The notes under the pieces: generated by a model
Told to the model about the DNA's origin: nothing
Database searches by the model: none
Seen by the model: only the letters and a program-made list of their open reading frames with translations
Program-made: the position numbers and the translations under genes
In this document: piece after piece, positions 19,089-28,372 of the stretch
Layout of the letters: each line of letters starts with the position of its first letter
How positions within the stretch are numbered: the first letter of the stretch is position 1
Virus record (IMG/VR): IMGVR_UViG_3300021400_001778
Location: 72,923-108,758 of that record
Length of the DNA stretch: 35,836 nucleotides
Strand: one strand, 5' to 3'
DNA from: a virus
Lineage: Duplodnaviria > Heunggongvirae > Uroviricota > Caudoviricetes

Positions 19089-19349
19089 TTATTTGTTTCT
19101 GATTGCGTATGTCTTTCCATGATATTCGAAATAGAGATGTAAGCCACTTTCTGTCTTGTGAATCTTTGGTTCGCATTTACTTCCGAGATTCAATGTGTAA
19201 ATCATTTTCCGCATTGCTTCAAACGGCGTTGCGGCGATGAACCCATACTCTTTCCTGTCTTCCATGCAAACCACATAGAACATTTTACCAACAATATGAT
19301 TCTTCCCGTCAAACATCTCAATTTCTTTTCCTTGCGGCAATCTTCCCAT
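19089..19349 (-). CDS. Hypothetical protein
   Basis: 86 aa, AAGGAG RBS. Confidence 0.75.
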   Translation of the reverse strand: MGRLPQGKEIEMFDGKNHIVGKMFYVVCMEDRKEYGFIAATPFEAMRKMIYTLNLGSKCEPKIHKTESGLHLYFEYHGKTYAIRNK

Positions 19350-19435
19350 TATCTTTTCTCCTTTTATTTTAATTACTTTATCCGCGAAACTTTTATATTA
19401 TTCTATGAATCGTCAAAGTACATCTTATATTCTCC

Positions 19436-19699
19436 TTACCATCTGCCATTCTTTTCTACATATTCCTCATACGTAATATCGAACGGCTGACCTTTCATAT
19501 CTTTATCATAAATGTATCCGTACTTTTTATGCATTTTCTCGCGCTTAGGTGTATTGCAAACATCATAGCCCGCACGCTTTGACTGTAGATATCTTATTCT
19601 CTGCCAGTCGGGGTCTTTCCACTCTTTCTCTTCCTCATATCTACTTATGGTCTCTCCGATTCCGAATGTAAATAAATACGCAAACAATGTAGCAAACAA
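19436..19699 (-). CDS. Hypothetical protein with hydrophobic N-terminus
   Basis: TTG start 8 nt after AAGGAG. Confidence 0.7.
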   Translation of the reverse strand: MFATLFAYLFTFGIGETISRYEEEKEWKDPDWQRIRYLQSKRAGYDVCNTPKREKMHKKYGYIYDKDMKGQPFDITYEEYVEKNGRW

Positions 19700-19717
19700 A
19701 TTATTTTCTCCTTTCAA

Positions 19718-20092
19718 TTAATTCTTTTTCAAATATATAGGTAAAAGTATTTTGATTTTTTCCGCGATACTTAAACCATTACTTTTCTTCGTAAATTCAA
19801 CAAATTCTGCGGTAGAAATTTCTTCTAACATTTTCCTATAAACTCTTGACGGATTTGCTTTTATATCCGCCTTGAGTTTTTCTATAAAACTCTTCTTATT
19901 ATTTTCCGCGACTTCTTTAATACGTTCCATATCTTCGCGCGGTATATAACTTTCTTTTACGTAGAGTTTTATATTCCCAGCGTTTGAGATATGTGCGACA
20001 GTCTTGTAATCGCCGTTTACTTCCACGGCTTTATTGCAAACTGTTAAGCCATTTCCGAAACAACCAAGCCATAATTCGAATTTTTCCGCCAT
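19718..20092 (-). CDS. Hypothetical protein
   Basis: Start MAEKF after AAAGGAG. Confidence 0.8.
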   Translation of the reverse strand: MAEKFELWLGCFGNGLTVCNKAVEVNGDYKTVAHISNAGNIKLYVKESYIPREDMERIKEVAENNKKSFIEKLKADIKANPSRVYRKMLEEISTAEFVEFTKKSNGLSIAEKIKILLPIYLKKN

Positions 20093-20096
20093 CTTA

Positions 20097-20645
20097 TTAC
20101 TCCTTTCTATCGTGAAGTGCGATTGGATACTGGTTAATATTACGGCTAAATCTTCCGTCCGATGAATACACGAACGTACCACCCATCATTACCCAATTAC
20201 CTTCTACGACATCTTTGTACGGTTTACAGTACCGATATTCGCGGAATGTTTCATTCCTATCAAATAAAACAAGGTTCTCTGGTGGATCTTCCAAATCTAC
20301 TTCATTGTTTCCATCTAAGCACGGTATCAACACATTATCGTACTTTGACGATATTCCGCCATTTGAGCAATCGCCAGTCAAAGATGCTTTGTATATTTCC
20401 GCGCGAACGGTGTTGATTGTTCCATGCGGCACATATCCTTTCTTTATATATTCAGTGATTAACAACTCCCAATCTTCCGCGTCACATTCATCGTATTCAT
20501 ATTCAAAAGTTCTATCGTTCTGTTTGATTTCCCCCTTAATGTGTATCTTGCTATGTGCGCAAGTTCCTTCAATTGTAATTTCAATATTCTCCACGGCGTT
20601 CTTTACTTCATCAATATTTGTTTTTGTAAACTTAATATTGTTCAT
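20097..20645 (-). CDS. Hypothetical phage protein
   Basis: Start MNNIK after GGGAG; DCSNGGISS and MGGTFVYSSDGRF...ALHDR segments. Confidence 0.8.
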   Translation of the reverse strand: MNNIKFTKTNIDEVKNAVENIEITIEGTCAHSKIHIKGEIKQNDRTFEYEYDECDAEDWELLITEYIKKGYVPHGTINTVRAEIYKASLTGDCSNGGISSKYDNVLIPCLDGNNEVDLEDPPENLVLFDRNETFREYRYCKPYKDVVEGNWVMMGGTFVYSSDGRFSRNINQYPIALHDRKE

Positions 20646-20666
20646 ATTTTTTCTCCCTTCCATACC

Positions 20667-20696
20667 ATTATACACTACTTACATTCCATTAATCAA
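20667..20696 (-). promoter_or_regulatory. SigA promoter TTGATT-18-TATAAT
   Basis: Minus strand ttgatt aatggaatgtaagtagtg tataat. Confidence 0.65.
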
Positions 20697-21030
20697 TGTC
20701 TAAATCATACGCAATTTGACCAAGTTCGCTATCACAGTCCGAAACAAGGTCGTATAACTTATTATGCAATTTTCCCATAATGTCACCGAACTTTCCCCCT
20801 TTCTTTGAATATTTTTCCAGTATCTTACAGAAATTATATAACTTATCATGGACTTCTGAAAGTCTATCAAACGAATCTTTAATTGATTCGTTAAGATTTT
20901 CCATCTGGTTTTCTACTATATAGTTTTTCAAATCCGCGCCGCACCTCTCTTCGACTACTCGCAACGCTTCGTCATAAGAGAAAACCATATCACTTTTCCC
21001 GTCTGGATAATAGAAATGTAAACTACTCAT
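20689..21030 (-). CDS. Hypothetical coiled-coil protein
   Basis: Start MSSLH after AAAGGAG. Confidence 0.8.
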   Translation of the reverse strand: MSSLHFYYPDGKSDMVFSYDEALRVVEERCGADLKNYIVENQMENLNESIKDSFDRLSEVHDKLYNFCKILEKYSKKGGKFGDIMGKLHNKLYDLVSDCDSELGQIAYDLDID

Positions 21031-21045
21031 AATTTCTCCTTTCAA

Positions 21046-21321
21046 TTATTTACTTACTATTCCGCCACAATATAATCCACCAGATTCATTTGCGCGTTTC
21101 ATTCTTCTGAGGAAGCATCCCATCAAGTCAGCAAAAGAATCATCATCAATATATATTTCCACGTTGTCATCAACAGGGTCAAAATCTCCGTAGTAAATAT
21201 CTCCGTCCGCCACTCCACCGTATAACCAAGGTTCGAATACCGATTCGTCATTAATCTGACGGCAAATGTATTCCATTGCTTTAACCATGCGTGTTCTCTC
21301 TTGTTTAATATTTGCGTTCAT
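21046..21321 (-). CDS. Hypothetical protein
   Basis: 91 aa, AGGAGG RBS. Confidence 0.8.
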   Translation of the reverse strand: MNANIKQERTRMVKAMEYICRQINDESVFEPWLYGGVADGDIYYGDFDPVDDNVEIYIDDDSFADLMGCFLRRMKRANESGGLYCGGIVSK

Positions 21322-21710
21322 TATTTTTCCTCCTTTACATATTTAACAGTGTCAACTTTACATTCTCTCGCGCCAATCTCCCATATATCAGAGAGATACG
21401 CGCCGAATTCTAAGTATCCGAAAGACACTCTCGCAACACCAGATATATAAACGTCCATTAATTGTGAGCCTTCGAAATATCTGTCATAATATAATAGATA
21501 ATTATTTTTACAAACTTCCGCTTTCGCTTCCAGAATTTCTTCCAGATAGCATAAATCGTCGTTCTTCAATGCTTCTCTGACCGCGTATTCCGCCATATCT
21601 TTTGCGGTTGAAGCATCATCCTCTCTTTCCGTTTTTATAATCTCTCTCGCGATTTCATACTCTTCCACTGTAAAATATTTCTTATAGTTCTTCGGCAATA
21701 AAACTTTCAT
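21321..21710 (-). CDS. Hypothetical protein
   Basis: 129 aa, AAGGAGG RBS. Confidence 0.85.
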   Translation of the reverse strand: MKVLLPKNYKKYFTVEEYEIAREIIKTEREDDASTAKDMAEYAVREALKNDDLCYLEEILEAKAEVCKNNYLLYYDRYFEGSQLMDVYISGVARVSFGYLEFGAYLSDIWEIGARECKVDTVKYVKEEK

Positions 21711-21723
21711 TTAGTTTCCCTCC

Positions 21724-22014
21724 TTACCAATTAACTTCAAGAGCGATGACTTTGTTTTCTTTGTCGTAAATATTAACGACACTTCTGTTTATGATTTCCG
21801 CAAGAAAATCCATGTTAATTTCCTCGGCGGCACTCATTTCCAAGAAGTCATCGAATATATAATCCCCGTAATTCCGAAATGTTTCATACGCAAGTTTAAT
21901 AGCTTGCGATTCGTTTGTTGCTAACACAACAAACTGTAAATCTCTACGCGGTATAAAACTAACGCAATAGAGATGTGATTTTTCCTTGATTTTATTATCC
22001 CAGTTGATTACCAT
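21724..22014 (-). CDS. Hypothetical protein
   Basis: 96 aa, AAAGGA RBS. Confidence 0.8.
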   Translation of the reverse strand: MVINWDNKIKEKSHLYCVSFIPRRDLQFVVLATNESQAIKLAYETFRNYGDYIFDDFLEMSAAEEINMDFLAEIINRSVVNIYDKENKVIALEVNW

Positions 22015-22079
22015 ATTATTTTCCTTTCTTGTAATTTGAAAATACAGAGTGATTTTAAATTCTATCCGCCCCTCATATT

Positions 22080-22108
22080 ACTTTAATTCTCCTTTCTTGA
22101 TTTGTCAA
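22080..22108 (-). promoter_or_regulatory. SigA promoter TTGACA-17-TAAAGT
   Basis: Minus strand ttgaca aatcaagaaaggagaat taaagt. Confidence 0.6.
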
Positions 22109-22111
22109 ATC

Positions 22112-22861
22112 TTAAAATGTCGCAGTTTTATAATATTCATCACGGGCGGCGCGATACGCCTTCCGCTGAACCTCCGTGAACTTTGCATCATCAAAGCATT
22201 GTTCCAAAGTGTTGTTGTTGTATCCAATGCTTGCAAAGCATGAGATAACATTGTAATCATTATCCCATGCAATGCCGTATTCATGGTTAAACATTTCGTA
22301 GAGGAAAGCATTTTTCCAATAATCGAAATTGCCATTTGCCGCGGCTTCTTTCGCGGCTTTTAATTTTTCGAGAAGTTCCTTCTGTCTTTCGCAGAAACCT
22401 TTATATTTCTGGTCTACATAGCAGAAGGAGATGGGATTATAATATTTATCCTTTACCTTTTCCGCGAATTCCTTTTCTTCTCTTTCGTTATGGTATATAT
22501 GGAATGCCGTTTCATACGGAATCCGCTGAATATAATAATTCCGCAGAAAATAATCTTTATTTTCATAATCCGTATAATTCTTTACTACCGCCAAGTCCTC
22601 GTCCGTAAAGACTTTATTTGGTAATGTTTCCATATACCATTCTTTCAATTCTTCCTTGCTTCTTCCCTTATGGTGCAATTCGTAATCGTTGGCGTAGTAG
22701 ATATGCGCGCCGTCCTTAAAGACGAGCGCAGAATATCCGAAATATCCGCCAAAATCCACAAAATATACGTCGTGTCCGTTAATCTCCACATCATCTTCAT
22801 TCATTATTATTACTTCCGCGAGTGTAAGCGCCTCAATTTCACTAATAGTCCAGTCCTTCAT
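22112..22861 (-). CDS. Hypothetical protein
   Basis: 249 aa, AAAGGAG RBS. Confidence 0.85.
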   Translation of the reverse strand: MKDWTISEIEALTLAEVIIMNEDDVEINGHDVYFVDFGGYFGYSALVFKDGAHIYYANDYELHHKGRSKEELKEWYMETLPNKVFTDEDLAVVKNYTDYENKDYFLRNYYIQRIPYETAFHIYHNEREEKEFAEKVKDKYYNPISFCYVDQKYKGFCERQKELLEKLKAAKEAAANGNFDYWKNAFLYEMFNHEYGIAWDNDYNVISCFASIGYNNNTLEQCFDDAKFTEVQRKAYRAARDEYYKTATF

Positions 22862-22904
22862 CTTTATTCTCCTTTCTAATTAAAAGTCTCTCACGAAATA
22901 CTTA

Positions 22905-23276
22905 TCACCCTTCGAAAATCTCAATTAACTTTCCGATAGCGTAAGTTGCGGAAAGTCTATCAATCGGATTATCTATTCCATGCCGTAACTGGTCATCGTT
23001 ATACATCGAATAACCACAACCTCTTGTGAGTATTCCGCCGAATCTCCAATTTGGAATTGTGAAACAGTAGCTATTGTTCCCGTCCTTATCTGTATAGTAT
23101 TTAGTAAGAACGATATCAAATCTCGTACACTCCGCGCTTGCGGTAGCGACTATACAATTTTCTGTTATTGATTCAATCTTGATTTTCCCTTCCCATGATT
23201 TTTTGTATTTGAAATATTTTGCATATTCGTTGTTGTAAAGCGGCTCAGTTACAGTGAATTCAAATTCTTTTTTCAT
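22905..23276 (-). CDS. Hypothetical protein
   Basis: 123 aa, AGGAGG RBS. Confidence 0.85.
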   Translation of the reverse strand: MKKEFEFTVTEPLYNNEYAKYFKYKKSWEGKIKIESITENCIVATASAECTRFDIVLTKYYTDKDGNNSYCFTIPNWRFGGILTRGCGYSMYNDDQLRHGIDNPIDRLSATYAIGKLIEIFEG

Positions 23277-23305
23277 ATCATTTTTCCTCCTTGTGTTTAT
23301 TTATA

Positions 23306-23725
23306 TTAAATAAAATCTCTTATTGACATCCCAGGCGCGTTCCAAGGGTTAGATGGGCTATAATCTCCCGCCGTTGATGATGGACAATAATCATAGTCGC
23401 CATGTAACTCATCATAAAGTTCTTGCGCTTCTATTTCCGCAATTTCCTCACAGGATATGCGGCTTTCTTCCTCCAACTCTTCGGGAGTTTTCTTTAAATC
23501 CTCGCGAAGAGAATCAAGCCAATTATCAAACTCTTCTTCGCCAAGGTATTCGTAATCAAATCTAACAGATTCAATATCTTCTTCCTTTGTTATTACTCTA
23601 CACCCCCACATAGCCAAGAACGATTCCCAATTTTCGCCATACATCATCATAGTAGCCTTTGCGGTGTATTTTCTCCAAGCTCTCAATAATAATACACCTT
23701 TTAAAATCTTTAAATTCTTATTCAT
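23306..23725 (-). CDS. Acidic hypothetical protein ending PSSTAGDYSPSNPWNAPGMSIRDFI
   Basis: Start MNKNL after GGAG. Confidence 0.8.
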   Translation of the reverse strand: MNKNLKILKGVLLLRAWRKYTAKATMMMYGENWESFLAMWGCRVITKEEDIESVRFDYEYLGEEEFDNWLDSLREDLKKTPEELEEESRISCEEIAEIEAQELYDELHGDYDYCPSSTAGDYSPSNPWNAPGMSIRDFI

Positions 23726-23735
23726 ATTTTCACTC

Positions 23736-24578
23736 CTATCTAATTTTGGTGTAATATTTCCGCATCTCTTCAAGTATCTCAAATACTTTTTGAGAGCATT
23801 TACAAATCCGCTTGTCATAGCAGACACTTATCATTCCGTTAGGTTCACAGCGGAAGTAGATAAATTTCTGTGTGTCAAGCATCCACCCTTTTGTTCTAAG
23901 GGGAATGTTTATTCCAGCGGCTTCAACCATATTAACAATGATGTTTTCGCCGTACACATATTCATTATCAATTCTTCCGTTGTTTTTTATCTTGTCGATA
24001 ATCTCGGCTTTCTTTTTCTCGAAAACCTTTTCTTTTTCACAGCGGCGTTCTTCTTCTTTTCTCGCGCACTCCGCTTTTCTTTCCGCCTCTTCCTTTTCGC
24101 GCCGCTTAATTACTCTTGCTCTTTGTTCGGCGCATTCCCTTAAAAGTTCCCGTTCACCTGCCGCCGCCAAAGGTATAAGCTCGGATTTTGGAATCCACAG
24201 CTTATCTTGTTTCAATTTTTCTCTTATGTATTCCTTATATCCTTCGAAAGTTCCCGTCCCCTTTTCCTTTTCAGCGATTATAAACATCTTGATTTTTTCG
24301 AGTTCCGCATACTCTCCGATATATGCGCCAGTATCAAGCCAAAGGTTAGTAATAGTTCCAACGTCATAATACAACTTATATACCGCTGAACTATAACTTT
24401 TTTTCGGCGGCTTCACATGAAGCGCGAATCCTTCTCCGATGTCATCAGCAAGTATATCTTCCATTGGGTACATCCACTTACCTTTAACTTCGGGAGTATT
24501 CATATCAGATTTATATCCAATCACACCCTTATAAAGTGTTCTTTTGTAGTCAGCAAAATTAATATCTTTAATCGTCAT
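23736..24578 (-). CDS. Hypothetical protein with central charged coiled coil
   Basis: 280 aa, GGAGGG RBS. Confidence 0.85.
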   Translation of the reverse strand: MTIKDINFADYKRTLYKGVIGYKSDMNTPEVKGKWMYPMEDILADDIGEGFALHVKPPKKSYSSAVYKLYYDVGTITNLWLDTGAYIGEYAELEKIKMFIIAEKEKGTGTFEGYKEYIREKLKQDKLWIPKSELIPLAAAGERELLRECAEQRARVIKRREKEEAERKAECARKEEERRCEKEKVFEKKKAEIIDKIKNNGRIDNEYVYGENIIVNMVEAAGINIPLRTKGWMLDTQKFIYFRCEPNGMISVCYDKRICKCSQKVFEILEEMRKYYTKIR

Positions 24579-24603
24579 TTTCTTTCCCTCCTTTCTAAAA
24601 GTT

Positions 24604-24630
24604 GTGGGGTTGGTTTAGTTCCAACCCCAC
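24604..24630 (-). terminator. Intergenic hairpin, possible terminator
   Basis: GTGGGGTTGG-N7-CCAACCCCAC, followed by AACTTTT on the minus strand. Confidence 0.55.
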
Positions 24631-24651
24631 TATGTTTAACGTTCCATTGTA

Positions 24652-26220
24652 TTATGCAAGAGCCTTATTCAGTTCAGCTTCCAGTTCAGCGAATTCTTCA
24701 TCGCTGACTAACTCTTCTTCTTCGGGCGCATTCATCGCTCCGTCAAGTTCCGCCTCAAGTTCCGCATTCTCCTGCTTTTCCGCTTCCGCTTTAGCTTTAG
24801 CCGCCTCCTTTTCGGCTTTCTTAGCTTCGCGTTCTGCTTTCTTTGCTTCGCGTTCTGCTTTCTTTTTTGCCGCCTCCTTCTCGGCTTTTGCCTTAGCCTT
24901 TTCCTTATCGGCTTTAGCCTTTGCCTTTGCTTTTTCCTCAGCCTCCTTCGCGGCTTTCGCTTCGGCTTCGGCTTTGGCTTTCGCCTCAGCCTCCGCCTTG
25001 ATGATTACATCAACTTCTTCCTGCTTGCGGAACTCACCCTTGCAAGCGTTGTATACTTTTTCCAAAATTTCCCAACGCTTCAAAACCTGTGCGTGGTGAT
25101 TGCTTCCAGAAGAAGCATTTCCCCTGTAAATACTGTAGTCATCAGTATTCGTTTCGAAGAACTCCGCGCAGAACTTATCCGCGAAGTCTTCCGCGGCGTA
25201 CCCGTTCTGAATTGCATCGTACATGAACGGCACAAGGGAGATAAAGTGTGTTCTCACAGTAACCTTTTTCCCGATGCGCTTCATTCTTTTGGCGTTATCG
25301 CCAGTCGCAGAGTTAAGGTGTTTTGCAACTCTCAGACCAAAGGTGAAGATTGCGTTGAGTTCATCAATATTTTCCTGTTCAAAGTGTACTGTTTCGTAGT
25401 ACGGTCTTACAACCTTATTATCAAGGCAGATATCCGCTTTCGGAACGTTCAGCATCATCATTGTTTTAATAATGATATCCTCGTTTGTGTATTTCCGAAG
25501 AGCGTTCTCCGTAAGAACATCATGAAAGAACTGGTGCTTGCCAATCTCAATGATTGTTTCCAGTTCCTTGCTTGCTACTCTTGTCTTCTCAATAGCGGAG
25601 AGCGGAGTTCCATTGTTGAGCCGCTTGAAAATTTCCGCGATGGTATCGTCATCCGCGCCATCAATTCGAATAAAATTGAACGTGCGGCTATCGAACTTGT
25701 CGCGAATCACTTCGGGAAGTTCATCGAACGTCATTCCAGAGATATCATATGCCATATCATCAATGACAATCGGCTGAATGTTTCCAAGCCGATGCTCATT
25801 ATTACGGAACATGCGGAGTGTAGTTGTCCGCTGTTTTCCATCAATGAGGTCATCAACCATAACCATCTTGTCATTTTTCCCAACTACCTCAGACCTGATG
25901 GAGATAATCTGAGGGATGGGGAAGCCAGTGAGGATTGAATGTACAAACAAATCTCTCTGTTCAGCTTTCCAAACATCCGTTCTCTGAACAGTGTTTCCGC
26001 TTTCCATCTTGCCAGACTTGAAAGCCTGAACGATCCCCTTCGCCGTCATGCTCGTTGTTGTCGTGCTGATTTCGGGGAATGCTTTCTCAAGAAGTTCAGC
26101 CTGCATCTCTGCCATCTTTGCTTCGTACTGTTCCATAGCGTTCATAGTAACCTCCTCTACTGTGTTGTTGTTGTTCTCAGCGTTAACAGTTGCGTTGTTC
26201 ATCATTGTGTTGTTCATCAT
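24652..26220 (-). CDS. DUF262 (GmrSD N-terminal, ParB-like fold) protein with long K/A/E helical tail
   Basis: VQR..VW, SIL.GFPIP, IDGKQR, IF.RLNNG.PL motifs; ~115-aa low-complexity C-terminus. Confidence 0.85.
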   Translation of the reverse strand: MMNNTMMNNATVNAENNNNTVEEVTMNAMEQYEAKMAEMQAELLEKAFPEISTTTTSMTAKGIVQAFKSGKMESGNTVQRTDVWKAEQRDLFVHSILTGFPIPQIISIRSEVVGKNDKMVMVDDLIDGKQRTTTLRMFRNNEHRLGNIQPIVIDDMAYDISGMTFDELPEVIRDKFDSRTFNFIRIDGADDDTIAEIFKRLNNGTPLSAIEKTRVASKELETIIEIGKHQFFHDVLTENALRKYTNEDIIIKTMMMLNVPKADICLDNKVVRPYYETVHFEQENIDELNAIFTFGLRVAKHLNSATGDNAKRMKRIGKKVTVRTHFISLVPFMYDAIQNGYAAEDFADKFCAEFFETNTDDYSIYRGNASSGSNHHAQVLKRWEILEKVYNACKGEFRKQEEVDVIIKAEAEAKAKAEAEAKAAKEAEEKAKAKAKADKEKAKAKAEKEAAKKKAEREAKKAEREAKKAEKEAAKAKAEAEKQENAELEAELDGAMNAPEEEELVSDEEFAELEAELNKALA

Positions 26221-26368
26221 AATTTTTTCCTCCGTGGATTTAAGTATTTATTATTTTTCCATATTCACTTTATTTCCCGATATTCAATTTTTACCAATAT
26301 TCAATTGTGTGTGGTGGGCGGATATTTTTCCGCCCTAACTTGAATCCCACATCTTATATTCTCCTTCC

Positions 26369-27298
26369 TTACTGTTTCATCATACTGTCAACATCTGTAA
26401 TATATTTTTTGTATGTTTCAAGCACATCTGAGACCATAGCCGCCAACTGCTTGTCTTTAGTTGCGGCATCCTTAAATTCCAACTTTCCAAAATGGTCTTT
26501 CAGATGTCTTTTCCGCGTGTCTTCAATCGGTACTCCATAATGTGTATTGACAAGGATACTGAATATATCCGCCTCTACTTCCATCTGGTCAACGCTTTTC
26601 CCTCTTGCCTTATGCATAAGAGCGTGACCAATCTCATGTCCGCCAACCGAAAGTTTCTGTGTGTCTTTCATCGTTGGCGAGATGTGAATCTCCTGTTTTC
26701 CATCAGCACTTGTTTGACAATATCCGAATAATCCCGACCCGTGGATTTTCTTTTCATCCGCGCCGTCATATACTGGAATTCCGTACTTTTCAGTTACACA
26801 CTTTTTAAGTGCGTTCCACGCATCAGCATGTTTTACAGATTTTTCTCCGCGAGAGAGAAACTTATTATATTCTTCTACGGGTACATTTGTCTGTGCTATG
26901 TCGTATGTAAATCCTAAACCGAAAATAGTTTTCTTACGCGACTTGAATTCTCCACTTTTATACTTCTTCTTTTCATCCTTAGTGAGAAGTTTCAATTCCT
27001 TCTCATATTTCCCATCGCCGTCAACATCTACCATTGTCTTTGTTTTTGGTACAAAGACAACCATTCCATGTTCGCGGAACTCGTCTTCGCGAACCCTATA
27101 GCCCGCTTTTTTCCATGCGTTCACCTGCTGACAGCAGATAGCACCCATGTTCTGACATCTAATCAGAATTGAATTTCTAAGCGAATACCGATAGCTATTA
27201 CGGTCAAGCCAGACAGCAAACGCTTCTAAGTCTTCCGCGCTATCCATGAAATTATTCAGCGTGTCGTTTATAATCTTGCTTGCTTCATCTTTCTTCAT
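26369..27298 (-). CDS. ardC: ArdC-like ssDNA-binding anti-restriction protein with HExxH metallopeptidase domain
   Basis: YSLRNSILI..Q, WKKAGYRV, HEIGH, EVEAD. Confidence 0.8.
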   Translation of the reverse strand: MKKDEASKIINDTLNNFMDSAEDLEAFAVWLDRNSYRYSLRNSILIRCQNMGAICCQQVNAWKKAGYRVREDEFREHGMVVFVPKTKTMVDVDGDGKYEKELKLLTKDEKKKYKSGEFKSRKKTIFGLGFTYDIAQTNVPVEEYNKFLSRGEKSVKHADAWNALKKCVTEKYGIPVYDGADEKKIHGSGLFGYCQTSADGKQEIHISPTMKDTQKLSVGGHEIGHALMHKARGKSVDQMEVEADIFSILVNTHYGVPIEDTRKRHLKDHFGKLEFKDAATKDKQLAAMVSDVLETYKKYITDVDSMMKQ

Positions 27299-27319
27299 AT
27301 CTTTTCCCTCCGTTCATAA

Positions 27320-27364
27320 ACTTTACTACTTATGTTCTCTTTCGTCAATCCAGAACTTATGTTC
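27320..27364 (-). promoter_or_regulatory. SigA promoter TTGACG-17-TAAAGT with LexA box just upstream of the -35
   Basis: -10 at 27320-27325, -35 at 27343-27348, GAAC-TTAT-GTTC at 27353-27364. Confidence 0.7.
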
Positions 27365-27368
27365 TGTC

Positions 27369-27527
27369 CTAATCGTTCCAGAATGACTTCTGCGCGTTCT
27401 GTCTGTATCCTTCAAGGATTGTTTCCAGAATCATGCCGCCATTTTCTTTGGCTTCTTTAATGTATTTACACGCTTCCGACTTGTTCATTCCGAACATCCA
27501 ACGGACAGCATCAAGATATTTATTCAT
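27369..27527 (-). CDS. 52-aa protein missed by the ORF track (MNKYLDAVRWMFG...NAQKSFWND)
   Basis: GGAGGG RBS, ATG, TAG; translated by hand. Confidence 0.75.
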   Translation of the reverse strand: MNKYLDAVRWMFGMNKSEACKYIKEAKENGGMILETILEGYRQNAQKSFWND

Positions 27528-27540
27528 CTGTTTCCCTCCT

Positions 27541-27777
27541 TTACATGATATGATTAAGGTATTCCTTAATCTCTTTTCTCGCTTCGGTTATCTTTGCCTC
27601 AGCTTTTTCGCGTATCTCGGTGTACTCTGCAACAAACTCAAGCATCACTTCTTTTTTTATTGCATCTTCCGCAGTTTCAGCTTTGGCTTTATATTCCGCT
27701 TCGTACTCTTTCGCAAAGATGTAATCATTGACAGCCGCTCTCTCGGCTTCAAGGATTGTCAACAAACTTTTTTCCAT
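27541..27777 (-). CDS. Helical hypothetical protein
   Basis: 78 aa, GGAGGTG RBS. Confidence 0.8.
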   Translation of the reverse strand: MEKSLLTILEAERAAVNDYIFAKEYEAEYKAKAETAEDAIKKEVMLEFVAEYTEIREKAEAKITEARKEIKEYLNHIM

Positions 27778-27953
27778 TAAATCACCTCCCTTCTTCCGAA
27801 TCTCACCGCCTCGGCAAAATCCGTTGTATCATTGATGTAGCAGATATCCGCGTCTGCCGTTACGTTGTTGCGGCGTTCAAATATTTTCCGCGCTCTCTTT
27901 GCTTTCATTTCCGCGCGGCGTTCCCTGTTATCGTATTCCGTGTATTTTCTCAT
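27777..27953 (-). CDS. 58-aa protein missed by the ORF track (MRKYTEYDNRERRAEM...)
   Basis: GGAGGT RBS; overlaps both neighbours. Confidence 0.7.
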   Translation of the reverse strand: MRKYTEYDNRERRAEMKAKRARKIFERRNNVTADADICYINDTTDFAEAVRFGRREVI

Positions 27954-28150
27954 TCTTCCACCTCCTCGATTATATTTGTAGCTTCGGTTAAAAGTTCCAT
28001 AGCGTCCCTTATTAATTCCAGAGCCGCCTCTGCCTTCTCCCGTTCCGTTTCGCTCACGCAGTAGTCATCAATCCATTCTTCCAGAGATACCTCCGCAACT
28101 TCTGCCTGATTCAAAACTTCGTAAATTCTGTTATCAATATTCTGTAACAT
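27950..28150 (-). CDS. Small highly acidic protein
   Basis: 66 aa, E/D-rich, AGGAGG RBS. Confidence 0.8.
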   Translation of the reverse strand: MLQNIDNRIYEVLNQAEVAEVSLEEWIDDYCVSETEREKAEAALELIRDAMELLTEATNIIEEVEE

Positions 28151-28165
28151 TTCTGTTTTCCTCCT

Positions 28166-28354
28166 TTACAATAATCCGATATATTCCAGACGCTTCACAA
28201 TTTTCGCGTCCTGTTCCTCCGTTACGGAATACTCCAAACAGTAGTATTCGTAACACTGAAAACCCTGTATAATTTCACCTCCTTCCTCGATGATTATACG
28301 TTTCGCGATATCCTTGTGTGTCGGGTTTTTAAATTCCACTGTGTATGTTTTCAT
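28166..28354 (-). CDS. Hypothetical protein
   Basis: 62 aa, GGAGGG RBS. Confidence 0.8.
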   Translation of the reverse strand: MKTYTVEFKNPTHKDIAKRIIIEEGGEIIQGFQCYEYYCLEYSVTEEQDAKIVKRLEYIGLL

Positions 28355-28372
28355 TTGTTTTCCCTCCTTTAA

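Noticed and set aside
24652-26220. DUF262 protein as the ParB that binds the parS
   Set aside because: It shares only the ParB-like fold; no recognisable parS-binding HTH or GxxR CTPase context, and no parA.
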